64,000 nucleotides of DNA, taken from the NCBI GenBank assembly GCA_964016885.1, contig OZ024741.1, positions 57,908,001 through 57,972,000 on the forward strand, written 5' to 3'. The translations under genes were made by a program, and so were the position numbers. Below the pieces are notes generated by a model. It searched no databases and was not told the DNA's origin. It worked only from the letters and a program-made list of their open reading frames with translations. The first letter of the stretch is position 1; each line of letters begins with the position of its first letter. This stretch comes from Eledone cirrhosa (taxonomy: Eukaryota). Below are positions 34,801 through 52,800 of the stretch, one piece after another.

Positions 34801-37800
34801 TAGACCACAACACCACAGTTAAACTATATCTACACCACAACATCACACTTAAACTATATCTACACCACACCACCACAGTTAAACTATATCTACACCACAA
34901 CACAAAAGTTAAACTATATCTACACCACCACACCACAGTTAAACTATATCTACACCACACCACCACAGTTAAACTATATCTACACCACACCACCACAGTT
35001 AAACTATATCTACACCACACCACAGCAGTTAAACTATATCTACACCACAACACCACAGTTAAACTATATCTACACCACAACGCCACAGTTAAACTATATC
35101 TACACCACACCACCACAGTTAAACTATATCTACACCACACCACAGCAGTTAAACTATATCTACACCACAACACCACAGTTAAACTATATCTACACCACAA
35201 CGCCACAGTTAAACTGTATCTACACCACAACACCGCAGTTAAACTATATCTACACCACAACACCACAGTTAAATTATATCTACACCACACCACCACAGTT
35301 AAACTATATCTACACCACCACAACACCACAGTTAAACTATATCTACACCACACCACCACAGTTAAACTATATCTACACCACACCACCACAGTTAAACTAT
35401 ATCTACACCACACCACCACAGTTAAACTATAACTACACCACACCACCACAGTTAAACTATATCTACACCACACCACCACAGTTAAACTATATCTACACCA
35501 CAACACCACAGTTAAACTATATCTACACCACACCACCACAGTTAAACTATATCTACACCACCACAACAGCACAGTTAAACTATATCTACACCACACCACC
35601 ACAGTTAAACTATATCTACACCACACCACTACAGTTAAACTATATCTACACCACACCACCACAGTTAAACTATATCTACACCACCACAACACCACAGTTA
35701 AACTATATCTACACCACAACACCACAGTTAAACTGTATCTACACCACCACAACACCACAGTTAAACTATATCTACACCACGCCACCACAGTTAAACTATA
35801 TCTACACCACACCACCACAGTTAAACTATATCTACACCACGCCACCACAGTTAAACTATATCTACACCACACCACCACAGTTAAACTGTATCTACACCAC
35901 CACAACACCACAGTTAAACTATATCTACCCACACCACCACAGTTAAACTATATCTACACCACCACAACACCACAGTTAAACTATATCTACACCACCACAC
36001 CACCACAGTTAAACTATATCTGCACCACACCACCACAGTTAAACTATATCTACACCACAACACCACAGTTAAACTGTATCTACGCCACCACAAAACCACG
36101 GTTAAACTATATCTACACCACACCACCACAGTTAAACTATATCTACACCACACCACCACAGTTAAACTATATCTACACCACACCACAACACCACAGTTAA
36201 ACTATATCTACACCACACCACAACACCACAGTTAAACTGTATATAGACCACAACACCACAGTTAAACTATATCTACACCACCACACTACAGTTAAACTAT
36301 ATCTACACCACCACACCACCACAGTTAAACTATCACAACACCACAGTTAAACTATATCTACACCACACCACCATAGTTAAACTATATCTACACCACACCA
36401 CCACAGTTAAACTATATCTACACCACACCACCACAGTTAAACTATATCTACACCACACCACCACAGTTAAACTATATCTACACCACACCACCACAGTTAA
36501 ACTATATCTACACCACCACACCACCACAGTTAAACTATAACTACACCACCACAACACCACAGTTAAACTATATCTACACCACACCACAACACCACAGTTG
36601 AACTGTATCTACACCACCACACCACAGTTAAACTATATCTACACCACACCACCACAGTTAAACTATATCTACACCACACCACCACAGTTAAACTATAACT
36701 ACACCACCACACCACCACAGTTAAACTATAACTACACCACCACAACACCACAGTTAAACTATATCTACACCACACCACAACACCACAGTTAAACTGTATC
36801 TACACCACCACACCACAGTTAAACTATATCTACACCACAGTTAAACTATATCTACACCACAACGCCACAGTTAAACTATATCTACACCACCACAACACCA
36901 CAGTTAAACTATATCTACACCACCACACCACAGTTAAACTATATCTACACCACACCACCACAGTTAAACTATATCTACACCACAACACCACAGTTAAACT
37001 ATATCTACACCACAACACCACAGTTAAACTATATCTACACCACCACACCACAGTTAAACTATAACTACACCACCACAACACCACAGTTAAACTATATCTA
37101 CACCACACCACCACAGTTAAACTATATCTACACCACACCACCACAGTTAAACTATATCTACACCACAACACCACAGTTAAACTATATCTACACCACACCA
37201 CCACAGTTAAACTATATCTACACCACCACACCACAGTTAAACTATATCTACACCACCACAACACCACAGTTAAACTATATCTACAACACACCACCACAGT
37301 TAAACTATATCTACACCACACCACCACAGTTAAACTATATCTACACCACAACACCACAGTTAAACTATATCTACACCACACTACCACAGTTAAACTATAT
37401 CTACACCACACCACCACAGTTAAACTATATCTACACCACACCACCACAGTTAAACTGTATCTACACCACCACAACACCACAGTTAAACTATATCTACACC
37501 ACAACACCACAGTTAAACTATATCTACACCACACCACCACAGGTAAACTGTATCTACACCACCACAACACCACAGTTAAACTATATCTACACCACAACAC
37601 CACAGTTAAACTATATCTACACCACCACAACACCACCGTTAAACTATATCTACACCACAACACCACAGTTAAACTGTATCTACACCACCACAACACCACA
37701 GTTAAACTATATCTACACCACACCACCACAGTTAAACTGTATCTACACCACCACAACACCACAGTTAAACTATATCTACACCACAACACCACAGTTAAAC

Positions 37801-40800
37801 TATATCTACACCACCACAACACCACAGTTAAACTATATCTACACCACAACACCACCACAGTTAAACTATATCTACACCACAACAGTTAAAATATATCTAC
37901 ACCACCACAACACCACAGTTAAACTATATCTACACCACACCACACCACCACAGTTAAACTATATCTACACCACAACACCACAGTTAAACTATATCTACAC
38001 CACAACACCACAGTTAAACTATATCTACACCACAACACCACAGTTAAACTATATCTACACCACACCACCACAGTTAAACTGTATCTACACCACCACAACA
38101 CCACAGTTAAACTATATCTACACCACAACACCACAGTTAAACTATATCTACACCACCACAACACCACAGTTAAACTATATCTACACCACAACACCACAGT
38201 TAAACTGTATCTACACCACCACAACACCACAGTTAAAATATATCTACACCACAACACCACAGTTAAACTATATCTACACCACCACAACACCACAGTTAAA
38301 CTATATCTACACCACAACACCACAGATAAACTATATCTACACCACACCACCACAGTTAAACTATATCTACACCACACCACCACAGTTAAACTATATCTAC
38401 ACCACACCACAACACCACAGTTAAACTGTATATAGACCACAACACCACAGTTAAACTATATCTACACCACCACACCACCACAGTTAAACTATAACTACAC
38501 CACAACACCACAGTTAAACTATAACTACACCACAACACCACAGTTAAACTATATCTACACCACACCACCACAGTTAAACTATATCTACACCACAACACTA
38601 CAGTTAAACTATATCTACACCACACCAGTACAGTTAAACTATATCTACACCACACCACCACAGTTAAACTATATCTACACCACACCACCACAGTTAAACT
38701 ATATCTACACCACCACACCACCACAGTTAAACTATAACTACACCACACCACCACAGTTAAACTATATCTACACCACACCACCACAGTTAAACTATATCTA
38801 CACCACACCACCACCACAGTTAAACTATAACTACACCACACCACCACAGTTAAACTATATCTACACCACACCACCACAGTTAAACTATATCTACACCACA
38901 CCACCACAGTTAAACTATATCTACACCACACCACCACAGTTAAACTATATCTACACCACCACACCACCACAGTTAAACTATAACTACACCACCACAACAC
39001 CACAGTTAAACTATATCTACACCACACCACAACACCACAGTTAAACTTTATATACACCACCACACCACAGTTAAACTATATCTACACCACACCACCACAG
39101 TTAAACTATATCTACACCACAACACCACAGTTAAACTATATCTACACCACCACACCACAGTTAAACTATATCTACACCACACCACCACAGTTAAACTATA
39201 TCTACACCACAACACCACAGTTAAACTATATCTACATCACAACACCACAGTGAAACTATATCTACACCACCACAACACCACAGTTAAACTATATCTACAC
39301 CACAACACCACAGTTAAACTATATCTACACTACACCACCACAGTTAAACTATATCTACACCACACCACCACAGTTAAACTATATCTACACCACACCACCA
39401 CAGTTAAACTATATCTACACCACACCACCACAGTTAAACTATATCTACACCACAACACCACAGTTAAACTATATCTACACCACACCACCACAGTTAAACT
39501 ATATCTACACCACCACAACAGCACAGTTAAACTATATCTACACCACACCACCACAGTTAAACTATATCTATACCACACCACTACAGTTAAACTATATCTA
39601 CACCACACCACCACAGTTAAACTATATCTACACCACCACAACACCACAGTTAAACTATATCTACACCACAACACCACAGTTAAACTGTATCTACACCACC
39701 ACAACACCACAGTTAAACTATATCTACACCACGCCACCACAGTTAAACTATATCTACACCACACCACCACAGTTAAACTATATCTACACCATGCCACCAC
39801 AGTTAAACTATATCTACACCACACCACCACAGTTAAACTGTATCTACACCACCACAACACCACAGTTAAACTATATCTACACCACAACACCACAGTTAAA
39901 CTATATCTACACCACCACAAAACCACAGTTAAACTATATCTACACCACACCACCACAGTTAAACTATATCTACACCACACCACCACAGTTAAACTATATC
40001 TACACCACACCACAACACCACAGTTAAACTATATCTACACCACACCACACCACCACAGTTAAACTGTATATACACCACACCACCACAGTTAAACTATATC
40101 TACACCACAAAACCACAGTTAAACTATATCTACCCACACCACCACAGTTAAACTATATCTACACCACCACAACACCACAGTTAAACTATATCTACACCAC
40201 CACACCACCACAGTTAAACTATATCTGCACCACACCACCACAGTTAAACTATATCTACACCACAACACCACAGTTAAACTGTATCTACACCACCACAAAA
40301 CCACGGTTAAACTATATCTACACCACACCACCACAGTTAAACTATATCTACACCACACCACCACAGTTAAACTATATCTACACCACACCACAACACCACA
40401 GTTAAACTATATCTACACCACACCACAACACCACAGTTAAACTGTATATAGACCACAACACCACAGTTAAACTATATCTACACCACCACACTACAGTTAA
40501 ACTATATCTACACCACCACACCACCACAGTTAAACTATCACAACACCACAGTTAAACTATATCTACACCACACCACCATAGTTAAACTATATCTACACCA
40601 CACCACCACAGTTAAACTATATCTACACCACACCACCACAGTTAAACTATATCTACACCACACCACCACAGTTAAACTATATCTACACCACACCACCACA
40701 GTTAAACTATATCTACACCACCACACCACCACAGTTAAACTATAACTACACCACCACAACACCACAGTTAAACTATATCTACACCACACCACAACACCAC

Positions 40801-43800
40801 AGTTGAACTGTATCTACACCACCACACCACAGTTAAACTATATCTACACCACACCACCACAGTTAAACTATATCTACACCACACCACCACAGTTAAACTA
40901 TAACTACACCACCACACCACCACAGTTAAACTATAACTACACCACCACAACACCACAGTTAAACTATATCTACACCACACCACAACACCACAGTTAAACT
41001 GTATCTACACCACCACACCACAGTTAAACTATATCTACACCACAGTTAAACTATATCTACACCACAACGCCACAGTTACACTGTATCTACACCACCACAA
41101 CACCACAGTTAAACTATATCTACACCACCACACCACAGTTAAACTATATCTACACCACACCACCACAGTTAAACTATATCTACACCACAACACCACAGTT
41201 AAACTATATCTACACCACAACACCACAGTTAAACTATATCTACACCACCACACCACAGTTAAACTATAACTACACCACCACAACACCACAGTTAAACTAT
41301 ATCTACACCACACCACCACAGTTAAACTATATCTACACCACACCACCACAGTTAAACTATATCTACACCACAACACAACAGTTAAACTATATCTACACCA
41401 CACCACCACAGTTAAACTATATCTACACCACCACACCACAGTTAAACTATATCTACACCACCACAACACCACAGTTAAACTATATCTACAACACACCACC
41501 ACAGTTAAACTATATCTACACCACACCACCACAGTTAAACTATATCTACACCACAACACCACAGTTAAACTATATCTACACCACACTACCACAGTTAAAC
41601 TATATCTACACCACACCACCACAGTTAAACTATATCTACACCACACCACCACAGTTAAACTGTATCTACACCACCACAACACCACAGTTAAACTATATCT
41701 ACACCACAACACCACAGTTAAACTATATCTACACCACACCACCACAGGTAAACTGTATCTACACCACCACAACACCACAGTTAAACTATATCTACACCAC
41801 AACACCACAGTTAAACTATATCTACACCACCACAACACCACCGTTAAACTATATCTACACCACAACACCACAGTTAAACTGTATCTACACCACCACAACA
41901 CCACAGTTAAACTATATCTACACCACACCACCACAGTTAAACTATATCTACACCACACCACCACAGTTAAACTATATCTACACCACACCACAACACCACA
42001 GTTAAACTATATCTACACCACACCACACCACCACAGTTAAACTGTATATACACCACACCACCACAGTTAAACTATATCTACACCACAAAACCACAGTTAA
42101 ACTATATCTACCCACACCACCACAGTTAAACTATATCTACACCACCACAACACCACAGTTAAACTATATCTACACCACCACACCACCACAGTTAAACTAT
42201 ATCTGCACCACACCACCACAGTTAAACTATATCTACACCACAACACCACAGTTAAACTGTATCTACGCCACCACAAAACCACGGTTAAACTATATCTACA
42301 CCACACCACCACAGTTAAACTATATCTACACCACACCACCACAGTTAAACTATATCTACACCACACCACAACACCACAGTTAAACTATATCTACACCACA
42401 CCACAACACCACAGTTAAACTGTATATAGACCACAACACCACAGTTAAACTATATCTACACCACCACACTACAGTTAAACTATATCTACACCACCACACC
42501 ACCACAGTTAAACTATCACAACACCACAGTTAAACTATATCTACACCACACCACCATAGTTAAACTATATCTACACCACACCACCACAGTTAAACTATAT
42601 CTACACCACACCACCACAGTTAAACTATATCTACACCACACCACCACAGTTAAACTATATCTACACCACACCACCACAGTTAAACTATATCTACACCACC
42701 ACACCACCACAGTTAAACTATAACTACACCACCACAACACCACAGTTAAAATATATCTACACCACACCACAACACCACAGTTGAACTGTATCTACACCAC
42801 CACACCACAGTTAAACTATATCTACACCACACCACCACAGTTAAACTATATCTACACCACACCACCACAGTTAAACTATAACTACACCACCACACCACCA
42901 CAGTTAAACTATAACTACACCACCACAACACCACAGTTAAACTATATCTACACCACACCACAACACCACAGTTAAACTGTATCTACACCACCACACCACA
43001 GTTAAACTATATCTACACCACAGTTAAACTATATCTACACCACAACGCCACAGTTAAACTATATCTACACCACCACAACACCACAGTTAAACTATATCTA
43101 CACCACCACACCACAGTTAAACTATATCTACACCACACCACCACAGTTAAACTATATCTACACCACAACACCACAGTTAAACTATATCTACACCACAACA
43201 CCACAGTTAAACTATATCTACACCACCACACCACAGTTAAACTATAACTACACCACCACAACACCACAGTTAAACTATATCTACACCACACCACCACAGT
43301 TAAACTATATCTACACCACACCACCACAGTTAAACTATATCTACACCACAACACCACAGTTAAACTATATCTACACCACACCACCACAGTTAAACTATAT
43401 CTACACCACCACACCACAGTTAAACTATATCTACACCACCACAACACCACAGTTAAACTATATCTACAACACACCACCACAGTTAAACTATATCTACACC
43501 ACACCACCACAGTTAAACTATATCTACACCACAACACCACAGTTAAACTATATCTACACCACACTACCACAGTTAAACTATATCTACACCACACCACCAC
43601 AGTTAAACTATATCTACACCACACCACCACAGTTAAACTGTATCTACACCACCACAACACCACAGTTAAACTATATCTACACCACAACACCACAGTTAAA
43701 CTATATCTACACCACACCACCACAGGTAAACTGTATCTACACCACCACAACACCACAGTTAAACTATATCTACACCACAACACCACAGTTAAACTATATC

Positions 43801-46800
43801 TACACCACCACAACACCACCGTTAAACTATATCTACACCACAACACCACAGTTAAACTGTATCTACACCACCACAACACCACAGTTAAACTATATCTACA
43901 CCACACCACCACAGTTAAACTGTATCTACACCACCACAATACCACAGTTAAACTATATCTACACCACAACACCACAGTTAAACTATATCTACACCACCAC
44001 AACACCACAGTTAAACTATATCTACACCACAACACCACCACAGTTAAACTATATCTACACCACACCACAACAGTTAAAATATATCTACACCACCACAACA
44101 CCACAGTTAAACTATATCTACACCACACCACACCACCACAGTTAAACTATATCTACACCACAACACCACAGTTAAACTATATCTACACCACAACACCACA
44201 GTTAAACTATATCTACACCACAACACCACAGTTAAACTATATCTACACCACACCACCACAGTTAAACTGTATCTACACCACCACAACACCACAGTTAAAC
44301 TATATCTACACCACAACACCACAGTTAAACTATATCTACACCACCACAACACCACAGTTAAACTATATCTACACCACAACACCACAGTTAAACTGTATCT
44401 ACACCACCACAACACCACAGTTAAACTATATCTACACCACAACACCACAGTTAAACTATATCTACACCACCACAACACCACAGTTAAACTATATCTACAC
44501 CACAACACCACAGTTAAACTATATCTACACCACACCACCACAGTTAAACTATATCTACACCACACCACCACAGTTAAACTATATCTACACCACACCACAA
44601 CACCACAGTTAAACTGTATATAGACCACAACACCACAGTTAAACTATATCTACACCACCACACCACCACAGTTAAACTATAACTACACCACAACACCACA
44701 GTTAAACTATAACTACACCACAACACCACAGTTAAACTATATCTACACCACACCACCACAGTTAAACTATATCTACACCACACCACCACCACAGTTAAAC
44801 TATAACTACACCACACCACCACAGTTAAACTATATCTACACCACACCACCACAGTTAAACTATATCTACACCACACCACCACAGTTAAACTATATCTACA
44901 CCACACCACCACAGTTAAACTGTATCTACACCACCACACCACCACAGTTAAACTATAACTACACCACCACAACACCACAGTTAAACTATATCTACACCAC
45001 ACCACAACACCACAGTTAAACTGTATATACACCACCACACCACAGTTAAACTATATCTACACCACACCACCACAGTTAAACTATATCTACACCACAACAC
45101 CACAGTTAAACTATATCTACACCACCACACCACAGTTAAACTATATCTACACCACACCACCACAGTTAAACTATATCTACACCACAACACCACAGTTAAA
45201 CTATATCTACATCACAACACCACAGTGAAACTATATCTACACCACCACAACACCACAGTTAAACTATATCTACACCACAACACCACAGTTAAACTATATC
45301 TACACTACACCACCACAGTTAAACTATATCTACACCACACCACCACAGTTAAACTATATCTACACCACACCACCACAGTTAAACTATAACTACACCACAA
45401 CACCACAGTTAAACTATATCTACACCACAACACCACAGTTAAACTATATCTACACCACAACACCACAGTTAAACTATATCTACACCACCACACCACCACA
45501 GTTAAACTATATCTACACCACAACACCACAGTTAAACTATATCTACACCACACCACCACAGTTAAACTATAACTACATCACAACACCACAGTTAAACTAT
45601 ATCTACACCACAACACCACAGTTAAACTATATCTACACCACAACACCACAGTTAAACTATATCTACACCACCACAACACCACAGTTAAACTATATCTACA
45701 CCACAACACCACAGTTAAACTATATCTACACTACACCACCACAGTTAAACTATATCTACACCACAACACCACAGTTAAACTATATCTACACCACACCACC
45801 ACAGTTAAACTATAACTACACCACAACACCACAGTTAAACTATATCTACACCACAACACCACAGTTAAACTATATCTACACCACCACAACACCACAGTTA
45901 AACTATATCTACACCACACCACCACAGTTAAACTATATCTACACCACACCACCACAGTTAAACTATATCTACACCACAACACAAAAGTTAAACTATATCT
46001 ACACCACCACACCACAGTTAAACTATATCTACACCACACCACCACAATTAAACTATATCTACACCACACCACCACAGTTAAACTATATCTACACCACAAC
46101 ACCACAGTTAAACTATATCTACACCACAACACCACAGTTAAACTATATCTACACCACAACACCACAGTTAAACTGTATCTACACCACAACACCTCAGTTA
46201 AACTATATCTACACCACAACGCCACAGTTAAACTATATCTACACCACACCACTACAGTTAAACTATATCTACACCACAACACCACAGTTAAACTATATCT
46301 ACACTACACCACCACAGTTAAACTATATCTACACCACCACACCACCACAGTTAAACTATATCTACACCACCACAACACGACAGTTAAACTATATCTACAC
46401 CACACCACCACAGTTAAACTATATCTACACCACCACAACAGCACAGTTAAACTATATCTACACCACACCACCACAGTTAAACTATATCTACACCACACCA
46501 CTACAGTTAAACTATATCTACACCACAACACCACAGTTAAACTATATCTACACCACCACACCACAGTTAAACTATATCTACACCACCACAACACCACAGT
46601 TAAACTATATCTACACCACAACACCACAGTTAAACTATATCTACACCACACCACCACAGTTAACCTATATCTACACCACGCCACCACAGTTAAACTATAT
46701 CTACACCACAACACCACAGTTAAACTGTATCTACACCACCACAACACCACAGTTAAACTATATCTACACCACAACACCACAGTTAAACTATATCTACACA

Positions 46801-49800
46801 ACACCGCCACAGTTAAACTGTATCTACACCAACACAACACCACAGTTAAACTATATCTACACCACAACACCACAGTTAAACTATATCTACACCACAACAC
46901 CACAGTTAAATTGTATCTACACCACCACAACACCACAGTTAAACTATATCTACACCACCACAACACCACAGTTAAACTATATCTACACCACAACACCACA
47001 GTTAAATTGTATCTACACCACCACAACACCACAGTTAAACTATATCTACACCACACCACCACAGTTAAACTATATCTACACCACAACACCACAGTTAAAC
47101 TGTATCTACACCACCACAACACCACAGTTAAACTATATCTACACCACCACAACACCACAGTTAAACTATATCTACACCACAACACCACCACAGTTAAACT
47201 ATATCTACACCACACCACAACAGTTAAACTATATCTACACCACCACAACACCACAGTTAAACTATATCTACACCACAACACCACAGTTAAACTATATCTA
47301 CACCACAACACCACAGTTAAACTATATCTACACCACAGCAACACAGTTAATCTATATCTACACCACAACACCACAGTTAAACTATATCTACACCACAGCA
47401 ACACAGTTAATCTATATCTACACCACATCACCACAGTTAAACTATATCTACACCACACCACCACAGTTAAACTGTATCTACACCACCACAACACCACAGT
47501 TAAACTATATCTACACCACAACACCACAGTTAAACTATATCTACACCACAACACCACAGTTAAACTATATCTACACCACAACACCACAGTTAAACTATAT
47601 CTACACCACCACAACACCACAGTTAAACTGTATCTACACCACCACAACACCACAGTTAAACTATATCTACACCACAACACCACAGTTAAACTATATCTAC
47701 ACCACCACAAAACCACAGTTAAACTATATCTACACCACACCACCACAGTTGAACTATATCTACACCACACCACCACAGTTAAACTATATCTACACCACAC
47801 CACAACACCACAGTTAAACTATATCTACACCACACCACACCACCACAGTTAAACTGTATATACACCACACCACCACAGTTAAACTATATCTACACCACAA
47901 AACCACAGTTAAACTATATCTACACCACCACACCACCACAGTTAAACTATATCTGCACCACACCACCACAGTTAAACTATATCTACACCACAACACCACA
48001 GTTAAACTGTATCTACACCACCACAAAACCACAGTTAAACTATATCTACACCACACCACCACAGTTAAACTATATCTACACCACACCACCACAGTTAAAC
48101 TATATCTACACCACACCACAACACCACAGTTAAACTATATATACACCACACCACAACACCACAGTTAAACTGTATATAGACCACAACACCACAGTTAAAC
48201 TATATCTACACCACCACACTACAGTTAAACTATATCTACACCACCACACCACCACAGTTAAACTATAACTACACCACAACACCACAGTTAAACTATACCT
48301 ACACCACACCACCACAGTTAAACTATATCTACACCACACCACCATAGTTAAACTATATCTACACCACACCACCACAGTTAAACTATATCTACACCACACC
48401 ACCACAGTTAAACTATATCTACACCACACCACCACAGTTAAACTATAACTACACCACCACACCACCACAGTTAAACTATAACTACACCACCACAACACCA
48501 CAGTTAAACTATATCTACACCACACCACAACACCACAGTTAAACTGTATCTACACCACAACACCACAGTTAAACTATATCTACACCACAGTTAAACTATA
48601 TCTACACCACAACGCCACAGTTAAACTATATCTACACCACCACAACACCACAGTTAAACTATATCTACACCACCACACCACAGTTAAACTATATCTACAC
48701 CACACCACCACAGTTAAACTATATCTACACCACAACACCACAGTTAAACTATATCTACACCACAACACCACAGTTAAACTATATCTACACCACCACACCA
48801 CAGTTAAACTATATCTACACCACCACAACACCACAGTTAAACTATATCTACACCACACCACCACAGTTAAACTATATCTACACCACACCACCACAGTTAA
48901 ACTATATCTACACCACAACACCACAGTTAAACTATATCTACACCACAACACCACAGTTAAACTATATCTACACCACACTACCACAGTTAAACTATATCTA
49001 CACCACACCACCACAGTTAAACTATATCTACACCACACCACCACAGTTAAACTGTATCTACACCACCACAACACCACAGTTAAACTATATCTACACCACA
49101 ACACCACAGTTAAACTATATCTACACCACACCACCACAGGTAAACTGTATCTACACCACCACAACACCACAGTTAAACTATATCTACACCACAACACCAC
49201 AGTTAAACTATATCTACACCACCACAACACCACCGTTAAACTATATCTACACCACAACACCACAGTTAAACTGTATCTACACCACCACAACACCACAGTT
49301 AAACTATATCTACACCACACCACCACAGTTAAACTGTATCTACACAACCACAACACCACAGTTAAACTATATCTACACCACAACACCACAGTTAAACTAT
49401 ATCTACACCACCACAACACCACAGTTAAACTATATCTACACCACAACACCACCACAGTTAAACTATATCTACACCACACCACAACAGTTAAACTATATCT
49501 ACACCACCACAACACCACAGTTAAACTATATCTACACCACACCACCACAGTTAAACTATATCTCCACCACCACAACACCACAGTTAAACTATATCTACAC
49601 CACCACAACACCACAGTTAAACTATATCTACACCACAACACCACAGTTAAACTGTATCTACACCACCACAACACCACAGTTAAACTATATCTACACCACA
49701 ACACCACAGTTAAACTATATCTACACCACCACAACACCACAGTTAAACTATGTCTACACCACAACACCACAGTTAAACTATATCTACACCACACCACCAC

Positions 49801-52800
49801 AGTTAAACTATATCTACACCACACCACCACAGTTAAACTATATCTACACCACACCACAACACCACAGTTAAACTGTATATAGACCACAACACCACAGTTA
49901 AACTATATCTACACCACCACACCACCACAGTTAAACTATAACTACACCACAACACCACAGTTAAACTATAACTACACCACAACACCACAGTTAAACTATA
50001 TCTACACCACACCACCACAGTAAAACTATATCTACACCACAACACTACAGTTAAACTATATCTACACCACACCACTACAGTTAAACTATATCTACACCAC
50101 ACCACCACAGTTAAACTATATCTACACCACACCACCACAGTTAAACTATATCTACACCACACCACCACAGTTAAACTATATCTACACCACCACACCACCA
50201 CAGTTAAACTATAACTACACCACCACAGCACCACAGTTAAACTATATCTACACCACACCACCACAGTTAAACTATATCTACACCACACCACCACAGTTAA
50301 ACTATATCTACACCAACACCACCACAGTTAAACTATATCTACACCACCACAACACCACAGTTTAACTATATCTACACCACCACAACACCACAGTTAAACT
50401 ATATCTACACCAACACCACCACAGTTAAACTATATCTACACCACAACACCACAGTTAAACTATATCTACACCACAACGCCACAGTTAAACTATATCTACA
50501 CCACCACAACACCACAGTTTAACTATATCTACACCACCACAACACCACAGTTAAACTATATCTACACCAACACCACCACAGTTAAACTATATCTACACCA
50601 CCACACCACAGTTAAACTATATCTACACCACACCACCACAGTTAAACTATATCTACACCACAACACCACAGTTAAACTATATCTACATCACAACACCACA
50701 GTGAAACTATATCTACACCACCACAACACCACAGTTAAACTATATCTACACCACAACACCACAGTTAAACTATATCTACACTACACCACCACAGTTAAAC
50801 TATATCTACACCACACCACCACAGTTAAACTATAACTACACCACAACACCACAGTTAAACTATATCTACACCACACTACCACAGTTTAACTATATCTACA
50901 CCACACCACCACAGTTAAACTATATCTACCCCACACCACCACAGTTAAACTGTATCTACACCACCACAACACCACAGTTAAACTATATCTACACCACAAC
51001 ACCACAGTTAAACTGTATCTACACCACCACACCACCACAGTTAAACTATGACTACACCACAACACCACAGTTAAACTATAACCACACCACAACACAACAG
51101 TTAAACTATATCTACACCACCACACCACCACAGTTAAACTATAACTACACCACCACAACACCACAGTTAAACTATATCTACACCACACCACAACACCACA
51201 GTTAAACTGTATCTACACCACCACACCACAGTTAAACTATATCTACACCACAACACCACAGTTAAACTATATCTACACGACAACGCCACAGTTGAAATAT
51301 ATCTACACCACCACAACACCACAGTTAAACTATATCTACACCACCACACCACAGATAACTATATCTACACCACACCACCACAGTTAAACTATATCTACAC
51401 CACACCACCACAGTTAAACTATATCTACACCACAACACCACAGTTAAACTATATCTACACCACAACACCACAGTTAAACTATATCTACACCACACTACCA
51501 CAGTTTAACTATATCTACACCACACCACCACAGTTAAACTATATCTACCCCACACCACCACAGTTAAACTGTATCTACACCACCACAACACCACAGTTAA
51601 ACTATATCTACACCACAACACCACAGTTAAACTATATCTACACCACACCACCACAGTTAAACTGTATCTACACCACCACAACACCACAGTTAAACTATAT
51701 CTACACCACCACAACACCACAGTTAAACTATATCTACACCACAACACCACAGTTAAACTGTATCTACACCACCACAACACCACAGTTAAACTATATCTAC
51801 ACCACACCACCACAGTTACACTGTATCTACACCACCACAACACCACAGTTAAACTATATCTACACCACAACACCACAGTTAAACTATATCTACACCACCA
51901 CAACACCACAGTTAAACTATATCTACACCACAACACCACCACAGTTAAACTATATCTACACCACACCACCACAGTTCAACTATATCTACACCACCACAAC
52001 ACCACAGTTAAACTATATCTACACCACACCACACCACCACAGTTAAACTATATCTACACCACAACACCACAGTTAAACTATATCTACACCACAACACCAC
52101 AGTTAAACTATATCTACACCACAACACCACAGTTAAACTATATCTACACCACACCACCACAGATAAACTATATCTACACCACACCACAACACCACAGTTA
52201 ATCTATATCTACACCACACCACCACAGTTAAACTATATCTACACCACCACAACACCACAGTTAAACTATATCTACACCACCACACCACCACAGTTAAACT
52301 ATATCTACACCACACCACCACAGTTAAACTATATCTACACCACAACACCACAGTTAAACTGTATCTACACCACCACAAAACCACAGTTAAACTATATCTA
52401 CACCACACCACCACAGTTAAACTATAACTACACCACAACACCACAGTTAAACTATATCTACACCACAACACCACAGTTAAACTATATCTACACCACCACA
52501 CCACCACAGTTAAACTATAACTACACCACAACACCACAGTTAAACTATAACTACACCACAACACCACAGTTAAACTATATCTACACCACACCACCACAGT
52601 TAAACTATATCTACACCACAACACTACAGTTAAACTATATCTACACCACACCACTACAGTTAAACTATATCTACACCACACCACCACAGTTAAACTATAT
52701 CTACACCACACCACCACAGTTAAACTATATCTACACCACACCACCACAGTTAAACTATATCTACAACACACCACCACAGTTAAACTATATCTACACCACA